64,000 nucleotides of DNA, taken from NCBI GenBank assembly GCA_965242925.1, contig CBDEUM010000004.1, positions 32,001-96,000 on the forward strand. Direction: 5' to 3'. This document shows, one piece after another, positions 30,813 to 40,139 of this stretch. This stretch comes from Roseibacillus sp. GTDB lineage: Bacteria > Verrucomicrobiota > Verrucomicrobiia > Verrucomicrobiales > Akkermansiaceae. The notes under the pieces were generated by a model. That model searched no databases. It was not told where the DNA came from and saw only the letters and a list, made by a program, of their open reading frames with translations. Each line of letters opens with the position of its first letter. Position 1 is the stretch's first letter. The translations under genes were made by a program, and so were the position numbers.

Positions 30813-33584
30813 GTGACGGTTGCTGGGGCTGAACATAATCTTATGCATGAATCCCAGCCAATCCACTCGCCGATGGCGCTGAAATGCCGACAATTTTTCC
30901 TGATGGCCACCGGTGTGATGGGGATCTTGGTTGCTGCACCATGCCTCGGCGAGGAAAGCGAGAGGGCCGATGAAAGCTGGTGGTCACTGCAACCACTCAG
31001 GGATTCGATCACCGTTCCACATCTTGAGGAGATTCCGAACAGCGGGTGGGCTCGCAACGAAATCGATCACTTCATTCTCAAAAAACTTGTTGCAAAAGAT
31101 CTTCATCCTTCACCTCCCGCCTCTGCCCGCGCATTGATCCGACGGCTATATGTTGATCTCGTGGGACTACCTCCTGCGCCCGAGACCGTAAGGGCCTACG
31201 AGAAAAATCCCTCCGACACCGCCTATGCAGAACTTGTCGACGAATTGCTCGCTTCACCACACTACGGCGAACGCTGGGCCCGACATTGGCTGGACGTCGT
31301 GCGATTCGGTGAGAGTGACGGTTTCGAACGCAACAGGCCTCGCAATCACGCCTGGCCGTATCGGGATTGGGCGATCAACGCGTTCAACGCTGATATGCCC
31401 TACGACGAGTTCGCGCAAAAACAAATCGCCGGCGACCTCACGCATCCAGGTGCAGAGGGCTCAGCGGCGGCTGGCTTCCTCGTGGCCGGAGTCCATAATA
31501 CGGTGGTCGGATCAAGCGAGGAGATGAAAAGGCTGGCTCGCCAGGACGAACTGGAAGAAATCGCGGGAGCGATCGGGCAAACCTTTCTGGGCCTGACGAT
31601 CAATTGTGCCCGTTGCCACGATCACAAGTATGACCCCATTTCCACGACCGAGTATTACCAGTTCATTTCCACCATCGACGGAGTCAGCCACGGTAACCGC
31701 GACGTGTTGGTAGAAGACCGTGCAAAGGAGCTCGCGGTCTTGGATCAGCAAATCAAGAAGCTGCAAGAGTCCCTGCATAGCATCGATCGAGCGACTCGCG
31801 AAGCGGTCCTCCAGTGGCGAAAAACGCAACGGCCCACGGGCAAGCCCAAGACACTTCCAACGGCTCTCCGCACCTGGACCTTCGACAAGAACTACACCGA
31901 CGCGTCGGGCTCGCTCCAGGGTGCTCCATCTGGAACTCCTCGCCTTGAAGGAGGAGCGCTCTACCTCGACGGAAAATCGTTCGTCAAAACAGGCCCTCTT
32001 TCCAAAGAACTGCGAACAAAATCGCTAGTGGCTACGGTTGTCCTGTCCAACCTCGACCAACGCGGTGGGGGCGTGGTAACTATCGCAGACACTGATGCCT
32101 TTGATTCCCTCGTCTTCGGCGAGCAGGAGCCAAGGCGCTGGCTGGCCGGAAGCAACAATTTCAAACGGACAGAATCTTTCCAGGCACCAGAGGAGAATCT
32201 CGCCCACACCAAACCTGTCCAACTCGCCCTCACCTACGCCGGGGATGGAACGATCACCGGATACCGAAATGGGCAGGTTTACGGAAAACCTTACCAGAAG
32301 GAACTGCACTCCTTCAAAGCGAGAGAATCCTACCTTCTCTTTGGGCTTCGGCACGAGCCACCCGGAGACAATAGCTTCCTCTCCGGCCAACTTCTCGAAG
32401 TTCACCTTTTCGATCGCGTCCTCTCAGCCGCCGAAGTAGCCGCTCTCGCAGGGGTGGAAACTGAATACGTCTCCGAAGAGCAATTAGTTGCTTACTTGGA
32501 TCCAAAGGAGAAAGAACACCGAGATGCCCTCAGGAAAGAAATTGAGACCGCCCAGGAGCAACGGAAGAAAGCCGCCGATGGACAGAAACGTAAGATTTAC
32601 ACTGTCGATCCCCGCCAACCAGGTGTCATGCGGGTACACGTCCGCGGAAGCGTGAAGGACTACGGAGCAGAGGTGCCCCCGGGAGGGATTCATGCGGTCC
32701 CGGGCGCCAGCCCTGATTTTGCACTCGCAAAGAATGCCCCCGATCGTGAACGCAGAATCAAACTCGCCGATTGGATCTCCTCACCGAACAACCCCCTCCT
32801 CTCGCGTGTCATGGTTAACCGTGTCTGGCACTATCACTTTGGCCGTGGATTCGTCCCCACTCCAAGTGACCTTGGATTCAATGGCGGACAACCCAGCCAC
32901 CCGGGACTGTTGGAGTGGCTCTCCCTACAGTTCCGCGAAGGGGGCTTCCGAATTAAGGACCTTCACCGTAAGATCCTCCTCTCGGCGACCTACCGACAGG
33001 CATCGCGAAAACGGGCGAACGCATTCGAGCAGGATTCAGACAACCGTTGGCTCTGGCGCAACTCTCCACGGCGCGTCGAAGCAGAAGTCCTGCGCGATTC
33101 GATCCTGAGCGTGGCCGGAAAACTCGACCTAAAGCTCGGTGGCCAAGGATTCAAGGACTGGGAAATGAAGGAGGAGGGTACGGCCTTCTACTTTCCGATC
33201 GACAAAGAGGACAATGCCTTCAATCGCCGTACCATATACCGCGTGAATCCACGTGGCGACCGCAGCGCCCTTCTCGACAACTTCGACTGCCCCGATCCCT
33301 CGGCAGCAGCCCCCACGCGGAGTGTCACTACCACTCCTCTGCAAGCCCTTAGCCTGATGAACAATGCGTTCCTGATCCGCATGGCCGGGCACTTCGCGAT
33401 CCGGATCGAGGAGGAGGCCGGCCACGATCCCGATGCGCAGATTCGTCGGGCCTGGGAACTCGCGCTTTGCCGTGCTCCCGACGCCGAGGAGGTGCAACTC
33501 TCTCGCAGACTACGCAACACACAGGGCCTCGCCGCGCTTTGCCGTGCCCTGTGGAACAGTAACGAATGGGTCTTTATTGAGTAG
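30813..33584 (+). CDS. DUF1549/DUF1553 (PSD1) protein with central LamG-like domain
   Basis: LIRRLYVDLVGLPP, HYGERWARHWLD, CARCHDHKYDP, LamG-like LALTY..DG...LFDRVLSAAEV, TPLQALSLMN. Start uncertain. Confidence 0.9.
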   Translation: MTVAGAEHNLMHESQPIHSPMALKCRQFFLMATGVMGILVAAPCLGEESERADESWWSLQPLRDSITVPHLEEIPNSGWARNEIDHFILKKLVAKDLHPSPPASARALIRRLYVDLVGLPPAPETVRAYEKNPSDTAYAELVDELLASPHYGERWARHWLDVVRFGESDGFERNRPRNHAWPYRDWAINAFNADMPYDEFAQKQIAGDLTHPGAEGSAAAGFLVAGVHNTVVGSSEEMKRLARQDELEEIAGAIGQTFLGLTINCARCHDHKYDPISTTEYYQFISTIDGVSHGNRDVLVEDRAKELAVLDQQIKKLQESLHSIDRATREAVLQWRKTQRPTGKPKTLPTALRTWTFDKNYTDASGSLQGAPSGTPRLEGGALYLDGKSFVKTGPLSKELRTKSLVATVVLSNLDQRGGGVVTIADTDAFDSLVFGEQEPRRWLAGSNNFKRTESFQAPEENLAHTKPVQLALTYAGDGTITGYRNGQVYGKPYQKELHSFKARESYLLFGLRHEPPGDNSFLSGQLLEVHLFDRVLSAAEVAALAGVETEYVSEEQLVAYLDPKEKEHRDALRKEIETAQEQRKKAADGQKRKIYTVDPRQPGVMRVHVRGSVKDYGAEVPPGGIHAVPGASPDFALAKNAPDRERRIKLADWISSPNNPLLSRVMVNRVWHYHFGRGFVPTPSDLGFNGGQPSHPGLLEWLSLQFREGGFRIKDLHRKILLSATYRQASRKRANAFEQDSDNRWLWRNSPRRVEAEVLRDSILSVAGKLDLKLGGQGFKDWEMKEEGTAFYFPIDKEDNAFNRRTIYRVNPRGDRSALLDNFDCPDPSAAAPTRSVTTTPLQALSLMNNAFLIRMAGHFAIRIEEEAGHDPDAQIRRAWELALCRAPDAEEVQLSRRLRNTQGLAALCRALWNSNEWVFIE

Positions 33585-33594
33585 TCCTCTCGCC

Positions 33595-34983
33595 ATGAAT
33601 CCCGAATCATCATCAATGATCAGTCGTCGTCGTTTTTTCGACTGGGGAGCCCATGGGATTGGAGCCACCGCCGCTCTCAGCCTGCTGCAAGCGCGGAGCG
33701 CTCCCGAGCTCGCTCCTCGCGCGCGACGGGTAGTACAGATCTCGTTGCCGGGAGGATTGAGCCACCTCGACTCCTTCGACCCCAAACCCGAACTCACCAA
33801 ACGCCACGGCCAACCGTTCTCTTCGGACCACAAGCCGGACATTTTCTTTGGGAAAGTAGGTCTGCTGCGCAAGGCCGATTGGGAGTTCAAGAAACGCGGG
33901 CAGAGCGGGCTGGATATCGCCGAGCTGTTCCCGCATCTCGCTTCCATTGCCGATGAGATGACGGTCATTCGGTCTCTTGTCACCAATTCAGCTAATCACA
34001 CCCCAGCATGCTTTTTCGTCAACACGGGCTTCGAATTTAACGGATACCCTTCGCTTGGAAGCTGGGTGTCCTACGGTCTTGGCAACGAATCGGATTCCCT
34101 GCCCACCTACGTCGTTCTTCCCGATCAAAAAGGACGCCCCTCGGGGGGAGCCGACAACTGGTCCAGCGCCTTCCTCCCCGCGCAGTTCCAAGGAGTTGAA
34201 TTCAAAGCTGGCGACAAACCTGTCCGGGATCTTTATCCGCCCGCCAGCGTCACGCCCAGCTCTGACGTTAAAGTGCGAGAATTTCTGCGAGCCGTGAATG
34301 CCAAACACCAGGAGCGTGTCGGCGACGAAGCAATCCTTACAGACCGAATCCGCAGCTACGAGTTGGCCGCGCGTATGCAGCTATCGGTCCCCGAAGTCTC
34401 AAAGCTCGAGGACGAGCCCAAGTCGGTGACCGAGCCTTACGGGCTCCACGAGAAGGAAACCGAAGAGTTCGCCCGCCGCTGCATCCTTGCCCGCCGCCTG
34501 TTAGAGCGTGGCGTACGCTTCGTGCAACTCTACGCCGGGAGCCTCATTCATTGGGACGCCCACGACAAGATCGTCGAAAACCATGGCAACAACGCCCGCG
34601 CCATCGACAAGCCGGTAGCCGCCCTTGTGCGCGATCTCAAGCAACGCGGGATGCTTGAGGATACTCTTGTCCTCTTCACCACCGAGTTTGGCCGCACGCC
34701 CTTCAGCCAGGCCGAGGGCAAAGTGGGAACGGGCCGCGATCACAACCGCTACGGGTTTTCCGCCTGGATGGCTGGTGCCGGCCTGAAGCCCGGCTTTTCC
34801 TATGGCCAAACGGATGAAATCGGTTGGAAGGTGGTGGAGAACCCGGTGACGTGGCACGATTTCCATGCCACCGTTCTTCATCTCTTGGGACTCAATCACG
34901 AGAATCTCACCTTCTATCACAATGGGATTCAGCGGCGCTTGACGAATGTGCACGGCCACCTCGTGAAGGGTGTCCTCTCCTGA
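33595..34983 (+). CDS. DUF1501 family protein
   Basis: SRRRFF Tat-like motif, GGLSHLDSFDPKP, LARRLLERGVRFVQ, EFGRTP, GRDHN, RRLTNVHG. Confidence 0.92.
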   Translation: MNPESSSMISRRRFFDWGAHGIGATAALSLLQARSAPELAPRARRVVQISLPGGLSHLDSFDPKPELTKRHGQPFSSDHKPDIFFGKVGLLRKADWEFKKRGQSGLDIAELFPHLASIADEMTVIRSLVTNSANHTPACFFVNTGFEFNGYPSLGSWVSYGLGNESDSLPTYVVLPDQKGRPSGGADNWSSAFLPAQFQGVEFKAGDKPVRDLYPPASVTPSSDVKVREFLRAVNAKHQERVGDEAILTDRIRSYELAARMQLSVPEVSKLEDEPKSVTEPYGLHEKETEEFARRCILARRLLERGVRFVQLYAGSLIHWDAHDKIVENHGNNARAIDKPVAALVRDLKQRGMLEDTLVLFTTEFGRTPFSQAEGKVGTGRDHNRYGFSAWMAGAGLKPGFSYGQTDEIGWKVVENPVTWHDFHATVLHLLGLNHENLTFYHNGIQRRLTNVHGHLVKGVLS

Positions 34984-35332
34984 AGTGGATCAGAAATCGT
35001 GAGACCGGGGTGCCCACAATCCTCACGGCCAGTTTCTCGGGCCCTATTTTATCTACGACGCCTTAAGGTAGGCCGACTGGGCCAAGGAGGCGCAAGGCAA
35101 GGCGTCGGTGGCGGCTGGCAAACTTGCCGACAAGACAGAGGAAAAGGAGATGGCCGAGGCCGACGAGCTGGGCATTCCTTTCACCAGGTCGGCGAAGGTA
35201 ATCAGCATCCTCAAGCGGAAGAAGGACCTCGAGGATATGTCAGGGGACATGACCCTCCAGTCCCCCCGGCGCGGGGTGCTCAAGTGGCTCAGCGACCTCT
35301 GGATTACGGCCTAAACAGTTTTTCAGGATACG

Positions 35333-35383
35333 CCCCCGGTGGCGTGGCGTTTCATTTCCGCCGCTGCGCCCCGGGGGTTTTCT
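35333..35383 (+). terminator. GC-rich hairpin followed by a T-tract
   Basis: CCCCCGG(35333)...CCGGGGG(35377)TTTTCT with additional internal pairing. Confidence 0.45.
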
Positions 35384-35436
35384 GCGTACAGAAGTGGTCC
35401 ACCGCGACCTTGCGCCCTACAATAGTAGGGGCAAAG

Positions 35437-35524
35437 TGGCGGAGGGGGTGGGATTCGAACCCACGATAGGTTTCCCTATGCCGGTTTTCAAGACCGGTGC
35501 ATTCGACCACTCTGCCACCCCTCC
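35437..35524 (-). tRNA. tRNA-Ser(TGA), encoded CCA
   Basis: Reverse complement GGAGGGGTGGCAGAGTGGTCGAATGCACCGGTCTTGAAAACCGG...GTTCGAATCCCACCCCCTCCGCCA; long variable arm. Confidence 0.97.
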
Positions 35525-35678
35525 TGGAGGTCGCGAGAATGCAGATTCAATGGGCTGTTCGCAATTACGAAATGATTTCCCGGATCCGGTCTGGAGGGAA
35601 GATCCGGAGAAGTTCTTTCGTGGTTCCCAAACGGTTTTCGGGGATTGCTCCGTTCCCTGGATCAGTGAAACCTGCGGC

Positions 35679-37589
35679 ATGCACAAGTCGCTCCCTCTTG
35701 CTCTCCTGTTTCTCGTGCCGCCCCTGGTGGAGGCCGCCGAGTGGCCTCCGGGGGAGCCCTCCAGCAGCAAGATCTTCAATGCACGGAAGACGGAGACCTT
35801 CCGGCATGGGGTTAACCCGGAGTGGGGCTACGCGGTGGCCCAGGAAGATGCCTTCGTGGTGATGCATCCGAAGACCAGCCTGGAAAACGCGCCTCTCTAT
35901 GTCGTGCTGCATTCCGCCGGGCATGATGTTTTCTCCTGCGTCAACTGCACGAAGACGGTCGGCAACCACGACATCTATCGTTCCCCGGACGATCACTATG
36001 CCCTCTATCTCGACTGTCGGAAGAATCGCAATGACTGGTGGTGGGGGGGGATGCACCGCCGGGACAAGGGATTGACCCAACGGAATTCCGGAGGAGACAC
36101 CATGCCGGTCGAGAAACGGGTGATCGACACCGTGCGGTGGGCAATCAAGCGCTACCGAATTGATCCCAACCGGGTATACCTGGCCGGAAATTCAATGGGT
36201 GGCAGTGGCACCCTCGGGATCGGCATGAGGCATGGGGACGTCTTTGCGGCCATCAAGGCGAATGTTCCGGCGGGGGTGGAGCACGTTTCCGAGCGTCTCT
36301 TCTTCCCGCCCAAGAGCGTTCCGGAAAAGGTGTCCCTGCCGGATCCGCCAATCTGCATCAACTATTCCGCCCAGAATGACGGCTGGTCTATTGGGCATGA
36401 TCGTTTCCTTGATGCGATGGAAGGGCGGAACTACGCGCTCTTTTTTTATTGGGGGGCCTTCGGGCATGCCAACAACTCGGCCAGCATCAAGACGGTGAAC
36501 GACCTGATTGATTCCTTCGACTGGTTGAGTGTGAGGAAGGACGAGGCCTACCCGGTCTTCACGAAGGCGTCCACCAACTCGAAGCTGCCCTGGCCCGACG
36601 ATCTCAAGAGCAGGGAGGCCGGCCAGGTCAATGCCTTCTTCCGTTGGAAGATCGTGGGGGACGCCGCCCGGAAGTTGGAAATATCTCTCTTCCTGGTTTC
36701 CCCCGGGGATCTCAAGACGCAGTTCAGGATTCCGGCGGAGGCTCGGGCTGACGTGAGCGTGCGACGGTTACAGAATTTCAGGTTGAAAGCTGGGGCGTCC
36801 TTCCAGTGGCAGTTCGGAGAAACCAGAGGAGAAGGTCAGGCTGACGCACGAGGACTGATCACGATCCCTGACTTGAAGATCAGCGACACCCCGACGGTAT
36901 TGCGGGTCGTGCCTGAATCCCAAAAAGGGGCGGCGACCCCCGGACCGGATGCAAGACACCAGGTCGAGGGCCGAGGTTGGCGACTCGACAAGGCCCGGGT
37001 CACCGATCCCACCCGGCCCCGCGTGCTATTGATCGGTGACTCCATCCTGAGCGGCTATCGCATGAGGGTGGTGGGAGCCCTGCAGCGCACGGCTTACGTC
37101 GATGCCTGGGTCAACCCCCACTGGCAGTCGGAGAACACCAACAGGCTTCTGGTCGATCTCCTGGAGAAAAACGGGCCCTACGATGTGGTTCATTTCAACA
37201 TGGGGCTGCATGGGTGGACGGAAGGGCGCATCAAGGAGGGGACTTTTCGATCGCTCACAGGGGCCTATGTCGCGGTTCTCAAGGCAAAGGTTCCCGGAGC
37301 GAAACTGATCTGGGCCAGCAGCACACCGGTGACCGCGAAGGGCGACCCCTCCCGACTGGAGGCCGAGATTAACCCGATCATCGTTGAACATAACCGGATG
37401 GCCGCCGAGGTCATGCAGGAGGCAGGGGTTCCGGTGAGTGATTTCTATACCCTGCTGCTCAACAGGCGGGAGTTGGCCAAGGGAGACCGGTTCCACTGGA
37501 CCGGTCCCGCCTACAGGTTACTGGGGGAGAAGGTGGTGGCGTCAATCCGCAGGGCGCTGGGATCGTCTCCGCCGTCCACTTCGCCCTGA
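35679..37589 (+). CDS. Secreted fusion of alpha/beta hydrolase and SGNH/GDSL hydrolase
   Basis: Signal peptide from ATG 35679; [15 protein letters not shown] nucleophile elbow; C-terminal LIGDSI, NMGLH, DRFH. Confidence 0.82.
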   Translation: MHKSLPLALLFLVPPLVEAAEWPPGEPSSSKIFNARKTETFRHGVNPEWGYAVAQEDAFVVMHPKTSLENAPLYVVLHSAGHDVFSCVNCTKTVGNHDIYRSPDDHYALYLDCRKNRNDWWWGGMHRRDKGLTQRNSGGDTMPVEKRVIDTVRWAIKRYRIDPNRVYLAGNSMGGSGTLGIGMRHGDVFAAIKANVPAGVEHVSERLFFPPKSVPEKVSLPDPPICINYSAQNDGWSIGHDRFLDAMEGRNYALFFYWGAFGHANNSASIKTVNDLIDSFDWLSVRKDEAYPVFTKASTNSKLPWPDDLKSREAGQVNAFFRWKIVGDAARKLEISLFLVSPGDLKTQFRIPAEARADVSVRRLQNFRLKAGASFQWQFGETRGEGQADARGLITIPDLKISDTPTVLRVVPESQKGAATPGPDARHQVEGRGWRLDKARVTDPTRPRVLLIGDSILSGYRMRVVGALQRTAYVDAWVNPHWQSENTNRLLVDLLEKNGPYDVVHFNMGLHGWTEGRIKEGTFRSLTGAYVAVLKAKVPGAKLIWASSTPVTAKGDPSRLEAEINPIIVEHNRMAAEVMQEAGVPVSDFYTLLLNRRELAKGDRFHWTGPAYRLLGEKVVASIRRALGSSPPSTSP

Positions 37590-37929
37590 GGAGTTCCTGT
37601 ACAAGAAACGAGGCAGCTTCCTCAAGGGAGTGAGATCGCAGAAGTCGTTGGTCTAAGATTTGTTTTTTTGCAGGACCTTGGATCTCACTCCTTCGATTGA
37701 CTGCCTGTTATGTATTTAACCGGGGGGAGAAGGTGCCGTTTTTAATTTCTCTGTTTTTTCTCCCGAGGACCCTGGTCCTTGGCGGTGCGGTGGGAGCAGA
37801 AGGCGGTCAAAGACCAGTAGGCAGGTCTTTTACGGTAGAAAGGGGAACATCACTATCCTCTTTACCCATAACCCTGGCGGGGGATAATCGAGGATCGCCT
37901 CGTGTGGCGAGCAACCAAAACGACCTATC

Positions 37930-38541
37930 ATGAAACAAGTATTCCGCTTAGTTATCACCGGGGCCAGTCTCTTGCTGGGATCCCTGACGCTGCTCTCCTG
38001 TGGGGGGGCAAAGAATGAAGCGCACGCAACAGGGGGTGAAAAATCGTACCTGCGCACCCGCGACGACATCTCAAAGAATATCAGGAACTACTTTGAGGAG
38101 GTGTCGAAGGAGAACATCGCATTCGCCGAGACTTTCTATGGGGATGAGGTCGAAGTGTGGGTGAACGACATCGTGGTAAACGGGAAAGAAGCATACGTGG
38201 ATCGCCTGAACAGGATTCACAAGGTTCTTCTGAAAGACATGACGGTCGAGAAATTGCATGTTCACACCAACTATTTTTCCCCCGAAGCACTGACGATGGA
38301 CGGAAAGACCGTTGGCGAGATGAACCCCGGGGAAGAAACAATCTGGAGCAATGCCTGGGCCATCGTGAAGGCGACGGGCAGAGTCACTGGCGAAGAGATT
38401 ACGTTCCGTATGCACATGGATTTCCGGACGTTAAAGGGCAAGGTGGTGGAGATGCTGGCCTTCTATGATCCCAGCCAGTTGAATGCGGAGATCGCCGCCC
38501 TTGAAGCGTCAGAGGCCCCGGAAGAAAAGGCGGCAGAGTAA
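37930..38541 (+). CDS. Lipoprotein with SnoaL/NTF2-like domain
   Basis: Lipobox LLSC; SnoaL-like pattern ending GKVVEMLAFYD. Confidence 0.7.
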   Translation: MKQVFRLVITGASLLLGSLTLLSCGGAKNEAHATGGEKSYLRTRDDISKNIRNYFEEVSKENIAFAETFYGDEVEVWVNDIVVNGKEAYVDRLNRIHKVLLKDMTVEKLHVHTNYFSPEALTMDGKTVGEMNPGEETIWSNAWAIVKATGRVTGEEITFRMHMDFRTLKGKVVEMLAFYDPSQLNAEIAALEASEAPEEKAAE

Positions 38542-38701
38542 AATAATCATAAGAGATTCATGGAGAATCGCAGGTCCGCCGGCCTGCGATTTTTCCTTTC
38601 CATGGAGCTTCCAGTTGGATGGGAAGGGATTTAGATCGCTGGCCAAGTGCGGGAAGGCAGGTTACCTTTCAGGAAGGATTTTACTAAATGAGCTCATCTC
38701 C

Positions 38702-39127
38702 ATGAAAAGGTTCCTGTTCCTGATCGCTTCCTCAATCCTGTTCTTTGCCTCGCTGGCAACCTCGTGGGCGGATTCGTTCGTCATGGAGGCCGGCAACGGG
38801 AAGAAGCTCTACAAATGGGATGGAAAGCATCTCATGACCTATACCAACGGCAGGAAGCTCTTCAAGTGGGACGGCCAGCATATCATGCTCTACAGCAACG
38901 GGAAGAAGCTCTATCGGTGGGACGGGGTCCATCTGATGGCCTACGGCAATGGGAAGAAACTCTACAAATGGGATGGGAAACACATGATGACCTACGGGAA
39001 CGGAAAAAAGCTGTTCACCTGGGAGGGGCAATATGTGAAGGTCTATGGCAATGGGAAGAAACTCCTGAAAACGGAGGGAGTGATACCGGTCCCCTTTGTG
39101 ATCGCGTTGGTGACGGGCCAGATTTAG
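38702..39127 (+). CDS. Secreted 17-aa tandem-repeat protein
   Basis: Signal peptide plus six repeats of M-x-Y-x-NGKKL-[YF]-x-WDG-x-H, then a hydrophobic C-terminal tail. Confidence 0.8.
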   Translation: MKRFLFLIASSILFFASLATSWADSFVMEAGNGKKLYKWDGKHLMTYTNGRKLFKWDGQHIMLYSNGKKLYRWDGVHLMAYGNGKKLYKWDGKHMMTYGNGKKLFTWEGQYVKVYGNGKKLLKTEGVIPVPFVIALVTGQI

Positions 39128-39194
39128 AGGCCCTGGAGGCCGTTCAAGACGATTCCGGAGGACGGCCGCGCCTGCAGACTTTCAGACTGTCCTG

Positions 39195-40136
39195 ATGAAA
39201 TATCCTCTCACCCTGTTGCTTGTTCTCCTTCTGGGACCGATGCTGCCGGCTCAGGACAAATCTTCCGCCAAGGCTGACCGCTCCCGTGTAAAGCCTGACA
39301 TGCTCGAGGGCGTACTCAGGGAACCACACATGATCTTTACCCATGTGGACGAAAGGAAACGGCGGCGGCTGACCCTGGATCTTTACCGACCCTCGGCGGG
39401 GGAAGGACCGCACCCTGCCATCGTCCTGTATTTTGGCGGGGGTTGGCAGAACGGACGACCGGGAATCTTTGCCAACCTTGCCCAGGCTCTGGCGAAACGG
39501 GGCTACGTCTGTGTAGTCCCGCAATACCGGCTCAGCGGAGAGAAACCTTTTCCCGCGGCGGTGCATGACTGCAAGGCCGCCATTCGCTGGATGCGGAGGA
39601 ATGCCCGGCGCTTCAAGGCGGACCCGGACCGGATCGCCTGCCTGGGAGGGTCCGCAGGCGGTCATCTCTCCGGATTCATGGCAGCCACCAACGGGATCAA
39701 GCGCTTCGAGGGGAAAGGCGACAATCCCGAGGTCTCCTCGGATGTGCAGTCAGCCATTGTGATGTGCGGACCGATGAACCTGCTTTCCGCTCACGTCGTG
39801 GAGCGCGTTGCGAAGGCCGCCGGGAAACCGGAAGGAGATGCCGTCATCGACTTCATGGGAGGAGCGCTTCCGGCCCAGAAGACGGGGATCTACCGGGAGG
39901 CCTCTCCACTCACCCACGTGAGCAAACGGACGCCTCCGATGCTTTTCATTGATGGCGAACTGGACCGTCCGGGGGTTCGTTACACTGAGTTCTGCGGAAA
40001 ACTGGACAAGCTCGGGATTCCCCATGAATTTGTCATGATGCCCGGGGCTCCGCATCCCTTCTGGAACATGCGGGAATGGTTTCTCCCGACCGTCAAGGCC
40101 GTGGATGAATTTCTAAGGAAGCATCTTCCGGAGTAA
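39195..40136 (+). CDS. Secreted alpha/beta hydrolase (esterase, BD-FAE/HSL-like)
   Basis: LDLYRP, FGGGW oxyanion motif, YRLS, GGSAGGHL, ASPL, GAPH. Confidence 0.9.
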   Translation: MKYPLTLLLVLLLGPMLPAQDKSSAKADRSRVKPDMLEGVLREPHMIFTHVDERKRRRLTLDLYRPSAGEGPHPAIVLYFGGGWQNGRPGIFANLAQALAKRGYVCVVPQYRLSGEKPFPAAVHDCKAAIRWMRRNARRFKADPDRIACLGGSAGGHLSGFMAATNGIKRFEGKGDNPEVSSDVQSAIVMCGPMNLLSAHVVERVAKAAGKPEGDAVIDFMGGALPAQKTGIYREASPLTHVSKRTPPMLFIDGELDRPGVRYTEFCGKLDKLGIPHEFVMMPGAPHPFWNMREWFLPTVKAVDEFLRKHLPE

Positions 40137-40139
40137 TCC

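Noticed and set aside
30646..35524. Intact prophage or integrative element at tRNA-Ser
   Set aside because: No integrase, no phage genes, and no duplicated tRNA 3' end found by eye.
35394..35678. N-terminal extension of the 731-aa ORF
   Set aside because: It runs antisense through tRNA-Ser; the signal peptide begins at ATG 35679.
38783..39088. CRISPR-like or non-coding repeat
   Set aside because: The 51-bp period is in frame and diverges synonymously, so it is a protein repeat.
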